64,000 nucleotides of DNA, from the IMG/VR virus record IMGVR_UViG_3300013383_000023, positions 1 through 64,000 of that record; one strand, written 5' to 3'. Source of the stretch: a virus (taxonomy: Duplodnaviria; Caudoviricetes). Positions 22,001 through 34,898 of this stretch are shown one piece after another; position 1 is the first letter of the stretch; every line of letters starts with the position of its first letter. The notes under the pieces are model-generated. The model did no database searches and had not been told where the DNA came from. It saw only the letters and a program-made list of their open reading frames with translations. The position numbers and the translations under genes are program-made.

Positions 22001-22383
22001 TAATATCTGAAGTATTTAAAGATAGTAAAGTTTAGCGAAGAAAAGGGTGCCATATGACTAAACAGATACGGGCATATGGTGAAGGATTAATATTAGAATG
22101 GCTTATGGATGAATACGAAGAAGGTCATCCTAATATAGAAAGAATATACAGTGAGCCATTACTTGAGGAGTTGATACAAAACGACGGGGTCCGAAATGTG
22201 GACCGCGTTATAGCTTTATGTATGACGATGATATATAGAGAAGAACTATATCAAGTAAAGGTGTCTTCTGCGAAAGAACAAAATAAACAGGTTGAACTCT
22301 TTGATATGCCTCTCTTTGGTCAACAATGGTGGTAGTCCGAAGATGAAGATATAAAAGACGATATACCAACATTCTTTGTTTAA
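19005..22383 (+). CDS. terL: Terminase large subunit (exons 19005-21516 and 21740-22383; contains an intein)
   Basis: Walker A-like KCRQRGY|SF, Walker B VLWEEGG, nuclease GCDPY|DHD, FENE and NVDRV motifs; many TAG codons. Confidence 0.9.
19401..20492 (+). mobile_element. Class-3 (WCT) intein with LAGLIDADG endonuclease in TerL, 364 aa
   Basis: Starts EQPYSELVATPNG; DHLW (block B), RCIFV (block F), IPTHN|S (block G); LGALLGDG and LIRGLMDTDG. Confidence 0.9.
21517..21739 (+). mobile_element. Group I intron (223 nt, no ORF) in terL
   Basis: Removal restores GAC CCG T|AT GAT CAT (D-P-Y-D-H) and the frame; IGS GCGGG pairs with exon CCCGT; P7 GCATA/TATGC; terminal G. Confidence 0.9.
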
Positions 22384-22384
22384 T

Positions 22385-25300
22385 ATGGTACAAGATAATT
22401 TATATAATTCAACATTCCCGCAATAGAAATTACCTATTAAAAAGAAAACCGAATAGTGGCAGCATGATTGCGTAAACTATATAATTGGCGAAGGTAATGT
22501 TACATCTGGTGGATAGAATGTTTCACATTTCGGAGAGTTGTAGACCTATTATGATTTATATAATAGCAAATTCAACGAAAAGGATTTTCAGAGAATTACA
22601 AATCCGTTTCATGTCAAAGACGGATTTCCTGCTACTCCTCAAGACTTTAATATAGTAAGACCAAAAGTAGACTTACTTATTGGAGAAGAGACTAAGCGCC
22701 CATTAAATTTCAAAGTATGCCGCACTTCATAGGAGGCTACTTCTGAATTAATGGAGAAACAGAAATAGTTATTATTGCAATATATTATGCAATCAATAAC
22801 TGCAAGAATGGATTCAGAACAAGCTTAGCAATTTCAACAACAAATTGAAAGCGGCGAAGTAATGCCTCCAGAGGCAATTGCTAAATATATGGATAAAGAT
22901 TATAAAGATGTAATAGAAAATACTGCATATCACGCATTGTGTTATCTTAGAGAAAAGCTTTCATTAGATAATGAATTTGTTAAAGGTTGGAAAGATGGAC
23001 TCATTGCTGGCATGGAGTTCTATTATGTTGGAGTTCAAAATGCAGAACCTTATGTGGAACGAGTTAACCCATTAGAGTTCTCATTTGATAAAACTCCTGG
23101 GCTTGAATTCATCGAAGATGGAGCATGGTGCTGCCGCAAGATGAGATTGCCTATTACTGAAATATATGATAGATATTATGATAAGCTTGAAGAGAAAGAT
23201 CTCGCCAAACTTGAAGACATGATTAATTCTGTTCCAGCTCGTAATTACGGAGACAAGAATCCAATAGACGACTTTAATAAGATTACGTGGTTTAATCATG
23301 ATAATCCTCTTACCGATGATTATGGTAAGTCTCACATAAACGTTTGGCATGTATGCTGGAAATCGTTTAAAAAGATCTATTATGTTACTACTCAAGATGA
23401 ATCCGGATAGACTCAAGTTGATATAGTTGACGAGTCTTATATTCCTGTTGGAAATGAATTGAATATAGATCCAGATTGGATTGTCGAAGTATGGGAAGGA
23501 TATAGAGCTGGCGAAGATTTATTCTTTGGTATACAGCCAATTGAATATCAACATGTTAGTATTGATAATCCAAATAGTCAGAAGCTTCCGTATTGTGGCG
23601 CAATTTATAGCGCTACTAATAGTAAGCCTAGGTCGTTGGTAAGCATATTAAAACCTTTGCAGTATATGTATATTGTGTTGTGGTATAGACTTGAACTAGC
23701 TATTGCTAGAGACAAAGGAAAAGTAGTGAATATGGATATTACGCAAATTCCTAAGTCTATGAGCATTACACCAGAACGTTGGTTACATTACCTTTCTAGC
23801 GTTGGCGTTAATTTTATTAACCCTTTTGAGTGCTTTAAATTTGGAACAGAAGTTTTGATGTCAGATGGTTCTATTAGAAAAATCGAAGATATTAAAGTCG
23901 GAGAATCGGTAATGGGGCCAGATGGCACTCCAAGAAAAGTATTATCTAGACATATTGGCGTTGATAATCTTTACAGAATAAAAGGAGGCAGCGGATGTGA
24001 TGATTAGATTGTAAATAGTAGGCATCTGATAAAGTATAAAGAAAAGAACTTCTTCAAGAAAACTTATTTTGACAAATTGCGCACCCCAATAGATATTCTA
24101 AATGAAGATTCTAAAAAATCTTATATTAGTGGTCTTAGATATTTACAAAGAGCCGAGGATGTAAACATTAATATGGGAAAAGACGTGTTACTTGATCCAT
24201 ATATGTTAGGTCTTTGGCTGGGAGATGGATTTACAAACAAATCGGCCATTGTAAATGAAGATCAAGAAGTGTTGTATAGTATATACAGCTGGGCCAAGGC
24301 TCACAATATGGATATAACAATAGACTATACTGAAAATAATAGCGCTGTTGTATACAATATTGTCGATAAAAAAGCTAAGAAAAATATATTTAAACGATCT
24401 CTCAGATATTATAATATTTTAAATAATAAAGATATTCCAGAAGATTATATATATACATCTGTCGAAAATAGATTACAGCTACTTGCTGGATTAATAGATA
24501 CTGATGGAAGTTTTAGTAAACGAGATAGAGTGTATACATTTAGCCAGTGCGAAAAAAGGAAGCATATTGTATACAAATTGGCATTTATAGCAAGATCTCT
24601 CGGATTTAAATGTACTGTGCGGCATTATCGTAGTGGGTGTAATAAATATATTAATGGTAGCAAGAATATTAGTGTTTGCCAAGATACTTATGTGTTAAGA
24701 ATAATTGATGGCAAGTATGACATACCTTGTAGAATCGCAAGAAAACAACATCATTGGCAGAAGAAAAGAACCGAAAGAATGCTTTCGCATTTTTCTGTAG
24801 AATATGATGGAATTGGACGGTACTGTGGAATAACAGTAGATGGAGATAATTTGTTCTTACTTAAAGATTTTACTATAGTACACAATTGCGGTTGGAACAT
24901 TCCTGGAAGAGAAGGAGGTAAACCATCTAGCTTTAATTAGATAACAGCACTTGATTTAACAATGTCTAATGTAATATCGGAATACATTCAATTAATGGAT
25001 AAGATAGAGCAGCTTGCTGGGACTATCACAGGTATTACTGAACAGCGACAAGGGGCTATTACATCTTCTGAACTTGTTGGAAATGTTGAAAGATCTGTAC
25101 AGCAATCATCTCATATTACAGAGCCATTATTCTGGGTTCATAATCAGTGTAAAAGAAACGTTCTCAACATGCTTCTTAATACTGCCAAAGGAATATGGCA
25201 AGATACTGGTAAAACCAAATTGCAATATATATTCGATAATGGTGAGCGTGCTTTCTTAGATATTGAAAAGAAGTTTTATTTCGAAGACATGGATGTGTTT

Positions 25301-25921
25301 GTAAGTGATACTTCTAAGGATATCGAAAGAATTAATAAGCTACAACAGCTTATTCAACCAGCAATGCAGAATGGAGCATCATTACTTGAGGCCGCAGAAG
25401 TTCTTACTACAGACAACTTTAATTTACTTAAATAGAAACTTAAGGATATGTAGACTCGTCAAGAGCAGATGCAGCAACAACAATAGCAACAAGAGGCTCA
25501 ACAACAACAGTAGCTGCAATAGATGCAGAATGAAGCTAAGCAACAAGAACTTATGTTGCAAGAAGCATAGATGGATCTTGATAGATATAAGATTGATCAA
25601 GATAATGCTACTAAGATTACAGTTGCTGAGATATCGGCATATCGTGGTACAGAAGATAAGGATGCTAATATGAATGGCATACCAGATCCTATGGAAATAG
25701 CAAAAGATGCTACAGCTCAAATGAAGATTAGAGAAGATGCTTACACTAAACGATACGAGCAAAAACAAAAATCAGATATTGAGAAGGCAAAAATAAATCT
25801 CGAAAAGGATAAGATGGCTCATGAAACGTAGTTGCAGAAACAAAAGGATGATGCAGCTATGGAACGAGAGAAACTTAAGGCAAGAACTGCAATTAAAAAC
25901 AAAGTTGTTGGTGAGCGATGA
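22385..25921 (+). CDS. Portal protein, 1178 aa including an intein
   Basis: Follows TerL; track ORFs 22862, 23459, 24077, 24962 and 25571 share a frame; RPKVDLLIGEE, ITGITEQRQG motifs and Gln-rich tail. Confidence 0.88.
23831..24886 (+). mobile_element. Intein with LAGLIDADG endonuclease in the portal protein, 352 aa
   Basis: PFE|CFKFGTEVLMSDGS...FTIVHN|CGW; LGLWLGDG and LLAGLIDTDG. Confidence 0.92.
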
Positions 25922-27483
25922 ATAAGTTTGAAGAAACATTTCAAAGGTGGAAAAATGGTGAAAACTATTGGGATATAGTTGGGAATCCGTTTAATAAAAA
26001 GGAATAGCTTTAGCCATTAACTGACGAATAGCGTGCAGATCTTAATTCTTATCTTAATAATTTAGATCAATTTGATGAAGGTGCCGATGATGTTATACCT
26101 GTAAATACACGCGATTTGACTTATAATGTGCATCCGTCTGCTATTGGCGCAAAGAATCTTGAAGTAACATTACCAGATACCGAAGTTGTTGGTTATAGTC
26201 CAGAATACAAATAGAAGCATTATGCTAGTTCATTCGATCCTAATGGAGCAGAAGAATTTGTAGATATAGCAGGTCTTAATTTTATCCCAAACCCATTTAA
26301 GTTTACAAGACAAATAAACGAGGGGAATTATTTAGGTGCGGCAGAACAATTGTCTCCACTTATTGGGTTAGAAAGTAATACCGTTGGAACGATTGCGAAT
26401 ACAATAAATTTCAGACATCTTTTTGGCGAAGACGGAATATAGAAAACATACAAACGTCTTAAAGATTCAGATTATAGTAAAGCCGCGTTAAGTTTTGGTG
26501 GAGATTTATTATATGCATTGCCAATTTTAGATTAGATTAATAATACTAAAAATCTGCTAGAATTGTCTAAAAATAATAAAAATATTTTTAACAACGAATT
26601 AACTCGAAGGGTTTTGTATAATACCAAATAGCCTATATCTTATAGCACAAAATGGTTGACTATGGCTTTCCCATATAATTATATTAAAGCTATTGTCAAA
26701 CAAACTTAGCCAAATATAGACAACCCATGGTGGAATCGCGGAATGTTTAAAGACGTCTTTAATGGACACTTAAAACATTATGGAGTTAATAATGATGTAG
26801 CATTAGATGCGAGAAAAAATGCATGGCTTAAATATTTAAGGCTTTCGCAATCAGGCAAATATAAATTTGTCGAAAATGCAGATGGTTCATATACAAATCC
26901 TGATGCAATCGCATAGCTGACAGATATGCCAATTTTTAATAACCACACAGTACCAATAAAACAGAGTAGTCTTAATCTTAAAGATTTTGTGACGTCTGCC
27001 GGAGGAAATGTTAATGGTGTAGTTAGATAGCTATCAAAAAATTCTAATAATAATTATTATGGAATTTTGGATATTTATGATACGTTTGATCTAATGCCAG
27101 GACAAAGGATCAATAAGAAAATAATCTCGTTTTTAAACAAATCAAATATATTGCATAAGACCGGTGTTAAAATTAGAGATGTTGGAAGAAGAATAAATCA
27201 AGATTATACAGAACATAGTAGAGAAACAAAACTAGGGAATTAGTTAAAACGAATAGGTAATAAATTAATAGATTTTAATTATAAAGATAGCAAACTTTAC
27301 AATACATTGCAAAATACAGAGGTTGGCAAATTTGTAGGAGCAAAACCTTTTGACATACATTATACAATCCCATTTTCTACAGATTTAACAAAAACTATAT
27401 ATGGTTTTAATTTTCCGTTAAAGCCATTAGATAAAACCGTATATAAGGATTATTTAAAAGAAATTTATAAATCGAGAAAATAA
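25918..27483 (+). CDS. Hypothetical (probable virion cargo) protein, 521 aa
   Basis: ATGA overlap with the portal stop; frame open to TAA 27483 apart from TAGs; entirely absent from the ORF track. Confidence 0.75.
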
Positions 27484-27500
27484 ATATAATCATTTATATT

Positions 27501-28679
27501 ATGAATAAGTATTAGGAATTTATATACAGAATGTACCCATTAATTCTAGATTATACTTCTAGAAACAAACTCCCAAGATCCCTCGCTGATAATATGATGC
27601 GATAGATAGCATTTGAATCGAATTACGGGACTGCACCATTAGCGTTAAAATAGCATAACTATGGAGGGTACGGTAGAACTGGAAAAGGTGTATATAGATC
27701 GTATAAAACTGATTAGGATTTTGTAAATGACTACGGTTCGTACTTTTCAAAAAGAAAGGATTTGCAGAATGCTAAAAATATTATGGAGTTCGGAACGCTG
27801 CTTGGAAAAAAATATGGATATTATCAAGCCAATCCTGGAGACTACGCCAAAAATTTAGCACAGATGCGACAAGCTGATAAATATATGACTGCATATACTA
27901 TGCAGAATGCTAAAAAAGCGTTAGATTAGTATGTTAGTCGACAGGCAGAACAACCTACTGATGCTATAGCAGTGCAGCCAAAATACAATTTTGATGCGTT
28001 ATTAACTCCTGCAGATATTATTACAGCTAAGCAATAGTTCCAGAATATAATTCAGCCAAGCCCTTTTGATAATTTGCGTGGCAGCCTTATGCAGAATTTA
28101 AATCAACTTTAGTATTCTACGCCATAGGAGTACATGTAGCAAACTTCTTAGTATGATAATGGCAAGGATTACAATGGGTATGTAAATGCATTGGAACGTG
28201 CTGCTAATAAAATCCAAAATTCTCCATATGCTTGGAGAGATAAAGATGGGCAGAAATTATCTATAGATCGAATGCTATTACAAATGATGAATGATAATAC
28301 GTATAAGTATAAAGATGCATATGATAATGGAGACTTGACCGATCCTAGTGGCAATATGCATTTCTCAGATAAATACAAAACTGCATATCACCCAACATTC
28401 TCAATCGAATCTATATTTAGTGGCAAAAAGTCTGAAAATAATCCAGAGGGAATTATTGGTGGAGTCTGGAGTAAGGATTGGAGTAAATATTATGTTGGGG
28501 ATAGAGATAACTCTAGGTATTTCAGTCCAATTAGAACCATGATGTATTTAAAGAATGCTGAAAGCAAGCCTGTTAAACTTATATATGATTCTGGTATAAG
28601 AGATGTAATTAGAACAAAAAGATTAAAGAATCATAAAGTTTTTGGTTATGATTATGGAAAGTCTATACCAAGTCGATGA
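27501..28679 (+). CDS. GH73/glucosaminidase (FlgJ-like) domain protein, 392 aa
   Basis: MR(TAG)IAFESNYGTAPLALK(TAG)HNYGG...YRSY...DFVNDY...GYY...YAKNL; in frame with track ORF 28191. Confidence 0.75.
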
Positions 28680-28792
28680 TACTATGGCCACAGTACATGA
28701 TGTTACCCAATCGGCTCTGAAAATATATAATGCTAAATAATTATAACGCAACTAAGCGTACAAAATAGTAAAGAATTAACTCATAATTAATT

Positions 28793-29947
28793 ATGAAAAA
28801 AGATAAAAATACATCTATAATAGACACAGCTCTCGAACAGGCTGGATTTTCTAATCCAGAACAAAACGGTATCGACGAGCCTGCTACAAATGTTGATGAT
28901 ATTTTCAACAATACTATTATAACGGATGATAATTCTAATGAAAAAGATCCAGCAGATGATGCTGAGGACGATGAAAAGGATCCTGTGGAAAATCCAGATT
29001 CTAATGATGATACTGAAATTCCAGAGGATGTATTAAAAAATAATGATAATAATGATTCATCTGAAACAGACGATAGTGATAACGAACAAGGCGATACTGA
29101 AGAAGTTGATCCGCAAGAATCAAATCAGGTTACAGCCTTCTTTGACGCGTTCGCAGAAGCTATGCATTGGCAAGTAGATGATGATAACAAACCAGATACC
29201 GTTGAAGGCATTATTGATTATATGTCTCAATTAGTTGAGGAAAACAGTAAGCCTAAATATTCCGATCCACGCGTACAACAGTTGGATGAATATATTAAAA
29301 ACGGCGGACAGTTTGATGACTTCTATAATGGCTTGTCTCAAGAAATTCAATATGACACGCTCGATATGGAAGATGAATCAAATCAAAAAACGGCTATATC
29401 AGAATATCTTCAATTGCAAGGATATAATGCGGATCAAATAAAGAAGAAAGTTGAGCGCTATGAAGATGCTGGTGTACTTGAAGATGAGGCTAATGATGCT
29501 GTAGCTCAGCTCAAAATATACAAACAACACGAACTTGAGCAGCAACAGTATGAACAGCAACAGGCTTATGAACAGCAATAGCAGCAGCTTCGGCAATTCT
29601 CTCAAGATTTAAGTAATTCTATTAGTAATCTTACTCAAATACGTGGTATAAATGTTCCTAAGGAAGACCGTGTAGCACTTATGAACTATATTACAAAAGT
29701 AGATGAGAATGGATTGACACAATATCAGAAAGACTTTAATAGCAATATGGTTAACAACCTTATTGAATCTGCATACTTTACAATGAAGGGTGATGCTCTT
29801 ATTAATGGAGCAGAAAGAAAAGGTAATACTGATGCTGTTACAAAACTTCGTAAAATGCTGAGACATTCTAGTAAAAATCACTCGTCTCAGAATGTAGGTG
29901 AAACAAAACGTTCAGCCGTAGACATCGCGTCAAAGTTGTTTGGCTGA
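28793..29947 (+). CDS. Acidic scaffold-like capsid assembly protein, 384 aa
   Basis: D/E-rich N-terminus; directly upstream of MCP; joined across a TAG inside a Gln run. Confidence 0.75.
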
Positions 29948-29968
29948 TATATAACAATTTATTAATTT

Positions 29969-32462
29969 ATGAATAATACACTTTTAAATAATCTTCAGCT
30001 TTATCGCGGACGTCGTTTTAGCGACTTGGTTGATGAAAATATGATTTCTAATGCACTTTTGACAAAGCCTCATGAAATTAGTGGCCTTTTGTCACTTGTG
30101 TTTGGTACAAAAGACGATGGCGTATCAACTGCTATCGATTTGATTACTGGCGGTCTTGGTAAAACAATGACTATCGAGAATCGTGAATATGAGTGGTCTG
30201 TAATGATCGATTCTGAGCATGCTGTTAATATTCGTTATGCTAAATATAATGGTAATGCAATTACAAGTGCAGACGATAGCATTACTCCGGGTATTAACAA
30301 TAGTCCTATTTACCTTGGTCTCGAGGAAAGATATTTTGGTCCAGGCGCAGTTTTATCTTTTGATAATATTGATTTCCAAGTTCGCATTAGTGGTCATCCT
30401 TATCAGGATGGTTCTACTTGGGTATACGAGTGCTACGTAGCTGACGGATTTGCTGGTTCTTATATTCCTACAGAATATCTTCTCCCAGGACGTCAAGTAA
30501 GTCGTATTGGTTCTGCTTATGAAGAGTATAGTGACGAGGCAGACATCATCAACTATCAGACTCCGTTTAAGATGCGTAATAACCTTATGACTCTTCGTCT
30601 TTCTTATGATATCACTGGTGACGCTTATTCTACAGTTCTCGCTATTGCCTTGAAGGATCCAGAGACGGGTAAAACATCTTACTTGTGGTCAGACTATCAG
30701 TATTGGATTGCTCTTCGTGAGTGGAAGCGCCGTGAGGAAAAGATGTTGTTGTTTGCTCATTCTAACCGCAATTCAGATGGCACGTATAATCTTAAGGGAA
30801 CAAATGGGCGTCCTGTAGCTATCTCTGCAGGTTTGTTCGAGCAGATCTCTCCTTCAAATGTTCGTTATTATACTACATTGACTGCGGAACTTCTCGAAGA
30901 CTATTTGTTCGACCTTTGCTACAACATGCTTGGTACAAACGAGCGTAAGTTTATTGCATTGACTGGAGAAATGGGTTAACATTCTAGCCCCTTACAGCAG
31001 CGATGCTGTATAGCAAATCTATTTAATTGCTGGAAACTCTATTAAAATAATTAACTTAGACTAAAAATATTATGACGAATACATAGATGTTCGATAGAAA
31101 ATCAGCAGCAAAGACTTTACATAAACCATGTAGAGGTTTTGAATATAGATATATCGTTTATATCGACGGAAGCGTTTATGATAGATATACCAAAGGATTA
31201 GTAAAAAGCAACAATGGTAAAGTTACTCTTGTTGGAATAAATAATAAAGAATACTGTATGCCAATCTAGAAAATTATAGATTCTACTTTTTGTGATTTAG
31301 ATTTAACAAAATTTGACAATGTTAAAAATCACGAAGGATATCTTATAAATAAAAATGGCAGTTTGTATAATGTCAAATCTAAACGATTTGTATCCACCAC
31401 AATTAAAAATGGATATTTAAGATATAACGTAGATTGGAAAAGAAGGTTGGTGCATGAAGTATTGGCAGATCAATATATTCAAAACCCGAATCATTATGAA
31501 ACTATAGACCATGTAGATTGCAATAAATTAAATAATAGTATCGCAAATCTAGAATGGGTTACTAGAGAGGAAAATAAAAAACGCGCTTATGATAATGGAT
31601 TAAACTGCATTATTAAGACTCTTGTAACGTTTACTAAAAATAATGATTCTTTTACTCTATTGGGACTAGAAAACGCTAGTAGGGTATTTAATATTAAAAA
31701 ATCTTGTTTATGTACTATGATAAACAGATACGGAAACAAAGACATGGTTATCCCTAGTGGTTCTATGAAAGGTTATAAAATAACTACATAGAAATGTAAA
31801 TGTAATGTTCAACGACTATCCGATACGGAGTAGGATTCAAGCGAATCTGATATGGTAGACATCCAAATTGGATGAAGATATAGTCTGGTCTCTTATGAAA
31901 ATAAGAGCTCGAAAGAGATTTAGTTTAGCGAACTAAATAAACATAAACGATGAGAGAATTCGACCGAGTATTGAAAGAGAAGGCTGCTAGCTACACTCTT
32001 ATTGATACTAAGTTCATTACTGGTTCTGGTCAGGAATTGACACTTGGCGGTCAGTTTACTACTTATAAGATGTTAAATGGTATTGAATTGACATTGAAGC
32101 GTTGCGCGTTGTTTGACAATATGGAACTCTTCCGCCAGTTGCATCCTATTACAGGTAAGCCATTAATGTCTTATACATTCTTGTTTGTTGATCTTGGCAC
32201 ACGTGATGGTCAGGCAAACGTTGTTAAGGTTTGTCGTAAGGGCCGTGAATTCGTTCAGTGGTGTACTGGCGGTTCTGTACTTCCAAATGGTTACGCAAAC
32301 AATATTAATACAATGAGATCTAATAGCCGTGATGGTTATCAGGTTCACTTCCTTGGCGAAGAGGGTATTATGCTTCGCAATCCTCTGTCTTGCGGTATCT
32401 TGTATTGCGATGCTGAAGATACAGAGATCGAAAATAATGCAGACATTAACGTAGCTGCGTAA
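29969..32462 (+). CDS. Major capsid protein (exons 29969-30976 and 31950-32462; 506 aa)
   Basis: crAss-like MCP motifs (ENREYEW, IGSAYEEYS, GLFEQI, ALTGEMG|MREFD); position after portal and scaffold. Confidence 0.88.
30977..31949 (+). mobile_element. Group I intron (973 nt) in the MCP gene
   Basis: GGGT| pairs with IGS GCCC; AATTGCTGGAAA, AATCAGCAGC, TTCAACGACTA and AAGATATAGTCT elements; terminal G. Confidence 0.92.
31072..31875 (+). CDS. Intron-encoded HNH homing endonuclease, 267 aa, four TAG codons
   Basis: LVHEVLADQYIQNP...IDHVDCNKLNNSIANLEWVTREEN. Confidence 0.85.
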
Positions 32463-32477
32463 TAATTAATAATCAAT

Positions 32478-32582
32478 AATGTTCGAGCCTACGGTTTCAA
32501 TAACATGCCGGATAGAATTTAATAACTCTGCACCGGAGGCTAAGCCAATAATACGAGAGTTGTACGTAGGTGTACGACATTA
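32478..32582 (+). ncRNA. Candidate structured RNA downstream of MCP
   Basis: Closing stem AATGT-TCG-A-GCCTACG / CGTAGGT-GTA-CGA-CATT with an internal CCGG/CCGG arm. Confidence 0.4.
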
Positions 32583-32599
32583 CAACATACTAATAAATT

Positions 32600-33355
32600 A
32601 TGGTAGTTGAATTAAAAATAAAGAAACAAAATCCTTGGGTTGGTCTTGTAAAATATCGCCATTGCTTTGATTACATTGCACCGTATTGGACTAGATCTGG
32701 AGCAAGGTATACTGGTTTAACACCAGAGGACGAGAAGTATTTTGAAAAAGCTTTAGGTTATCCAGAAGGAACACTTGCTAGAACAAGTGATTTTTGGGTT
32801 ACTTATTCAGTGCGTGTTGGTTCCAGAACTGTCATTCTTGATGATAAGTATCCTAGCCAAGCTCTTATGATAAAGTTCTTGAGTAAGCACAAAAGAGTTG
32901 CTACAACATTAGAACAAAAAAATGATCCTAGTAAGGATTATATTATGATTAATAAACAAGAAGCTGCTATCCAAGCGAATAAGGCTAATAAGACAAGGCG
33001 TGAAGCGCTTAAAGAATTTGACAAGCTTAGTATGGATCAGATGCGCAAGTGTCTTAGACTTTATGGAGTATCTGCAAATGGTATGTCTAATGAGCTTGTC
33101 GAGTCTACATTGTTTAATCTTGTAGATAAGAATCCTACTAAATTCTTTGATCTGTGGGTTAATAACAAGCAGAAAGAAACTCAGTATTTGATCGAAGAGG
33201 CTATTTCTAAGGGTGTTATTAGAAAGGATAAAACTCAGTATTATTATGGTACTGAATTAATGGCTACTTCTCTTAATGATTGTATAGCATATCTCGATGC
33301 TAAAAAGAATCAAGATTTAAAGCTTGCAATTATTGCGCAGGTTGAAAATAAATAA
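32600..33355 (+). CDS. Conserved crAss-like protein downstream of MCP
   Basis: Intact 251-aa ORF without TAG. Confidence 0.8.
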   Translation: MVVELKIKKQNPWVGLVKYRHCFDYIAPYWTRSGARYTGLTPEDEKYFEKALGYPEGTLARTSDFWVTYSVRVGSRTVILDDKYPSQALMIKFLSKHKRVATTLEQKNDPSKDYIMINKQEAAIQANKANKTRREALKEFDKLSMDQMRKCLRLYGVSANGMSNELVESTLFNLVDKNPTKFFDLWVNNKQKETQYLIEEAISKGVIRKDKTQYYYGTELMATSLNDCIAYLDAKKNQDLKLAIIAQVENK

Positions 33356-33372
33356 TTAATATTACACAGCAT

Positions 33373-34119
33373 ATGAAGTACAGTGATATTATTGAAAAAT
33401 TCTTAATACTTTATGACAAGGATGGAGTCACTTCTTCATATCCGTCGCTTACAACATACGAAATTGCTACTATCTTAGACAAAGCTTACCTAGCTTTAAT
33501 AGCTCAAAAATTAACTGGTACAAATAGTAGGCAAGTACAATTTGAAGGAGATCTTAAAGCAATTGAAGATGTGAGACCATTGTTAACTACTGAAAAATAG
33601 TATACTGTAAGCGATAAATCTATAGCTCAGAATGAGATTGTATTTAAGTTGCCAAATCCTCTTTTATACTTAATACAATGCTCTGTAAGCCTTTATAAAG
33701 CTTCTCCTAGTATATTGTCCACGAACGACGATAAAATCCTTCCTGTGACAATTATATCGCATTCTGATGCATTAAATTTATTTACTACAGAAACAAATAT
33801 TCCATGGATTGAAATACCTAAAGCATATATAGAGGGATCTTATGCTCATGTATTAATAGATCCATATCAATATAAAATCAAAGGTAAGGACAATCCTTAT
33901 CTTAATATTACATTTATAAAGAAGCCTATTATGTTCTTGTCTGCATTTACTGGCAATAACGATGTATTGGACGCACAAGAAATATGGAAAAACCAAATAT
34001 TCGAACTAAGCGATACTATGGCGCAAGAGTTAATAAACTTAGCTATAGTGATGACTCTTGAGAATGTTGAATCTTCTAGGCTTCAAACTAAAGTTGCTAC
34101 ATCAAAACTTGAATCATGA
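33373..34119 (+). CDS. Head-tail ring/adaptor protein
   Basis: Joined across TAG 33598; KFLILYDK...EIATILDKA...ELINLAI pattern shared with neighbours. Confidence 0.7.
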
Positions 34120-34898
34120 CACAAGAACAAACTAGATAGCTTGGAATTGAATTTGAAAGGCGAATACAATTAATGTATCCTAATTTTGAATTAAAAGAAA
34201 AGCTTACAACAGACACTATTTATTCTATGCTCAGTGAGTTTTAGAATCAATTTGTGAAGTCTCTATTCTTGAGCGAAGATCAAGTATAGAGTGGCACAAG
34301 AAGACAACGTTGGGTAACAGATATTACAAAATTGCTTACGAAACGTGATACTATAGATTCCAAAGAAAGCAATACTGATTCGTACAGTTCAGAATTTGTT
34401 GTACCACCAGATTACTTCTTATATATTAGATCTAATAGCTTAATTTCAGAATCATACAAAGGAAAACTTGATAACCTACAAGTTATTCCAAATAGCACAA
34501 TCAAACAAGACGACGTATCAAAAGTTGTCATTTCTCATTTTAATAATCACGGCATAATTAGATACCCGTTAGTGGTATTAGAAGATAATAATAATAATGG
34601 CATAATTAGAGTAATACATGATGAATATACTAAAATAAATAAACTTGACTTAGTATATTATAGAATGCCATACGACTTTAATGTTGCTGGATTTGATAAT
34701 GATAATATGGAATCTGGAGCTATACACAGCTCTTGCGAATTACCATATACGTGCTTTGACGATTTAGTTTCTGGGGCAGTTGAATTATTTGTAACTAGCT
34801 ATAAGTTTAGATTGCAAGGAGTTCGCCCAGCTAATCAACAATAGCAATAGCAGCAACAACCACAGTAGCAACAACAAACATAGGAGGCTAACGAATGA
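34116..34898 (+). CDS. Head-tail ring/adaptor protein with poly-Gln tail
   Basis: ATGA overlaps at both ends; IEFERRI, YYRMP and CELP motifs. Confidence 0.75.
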
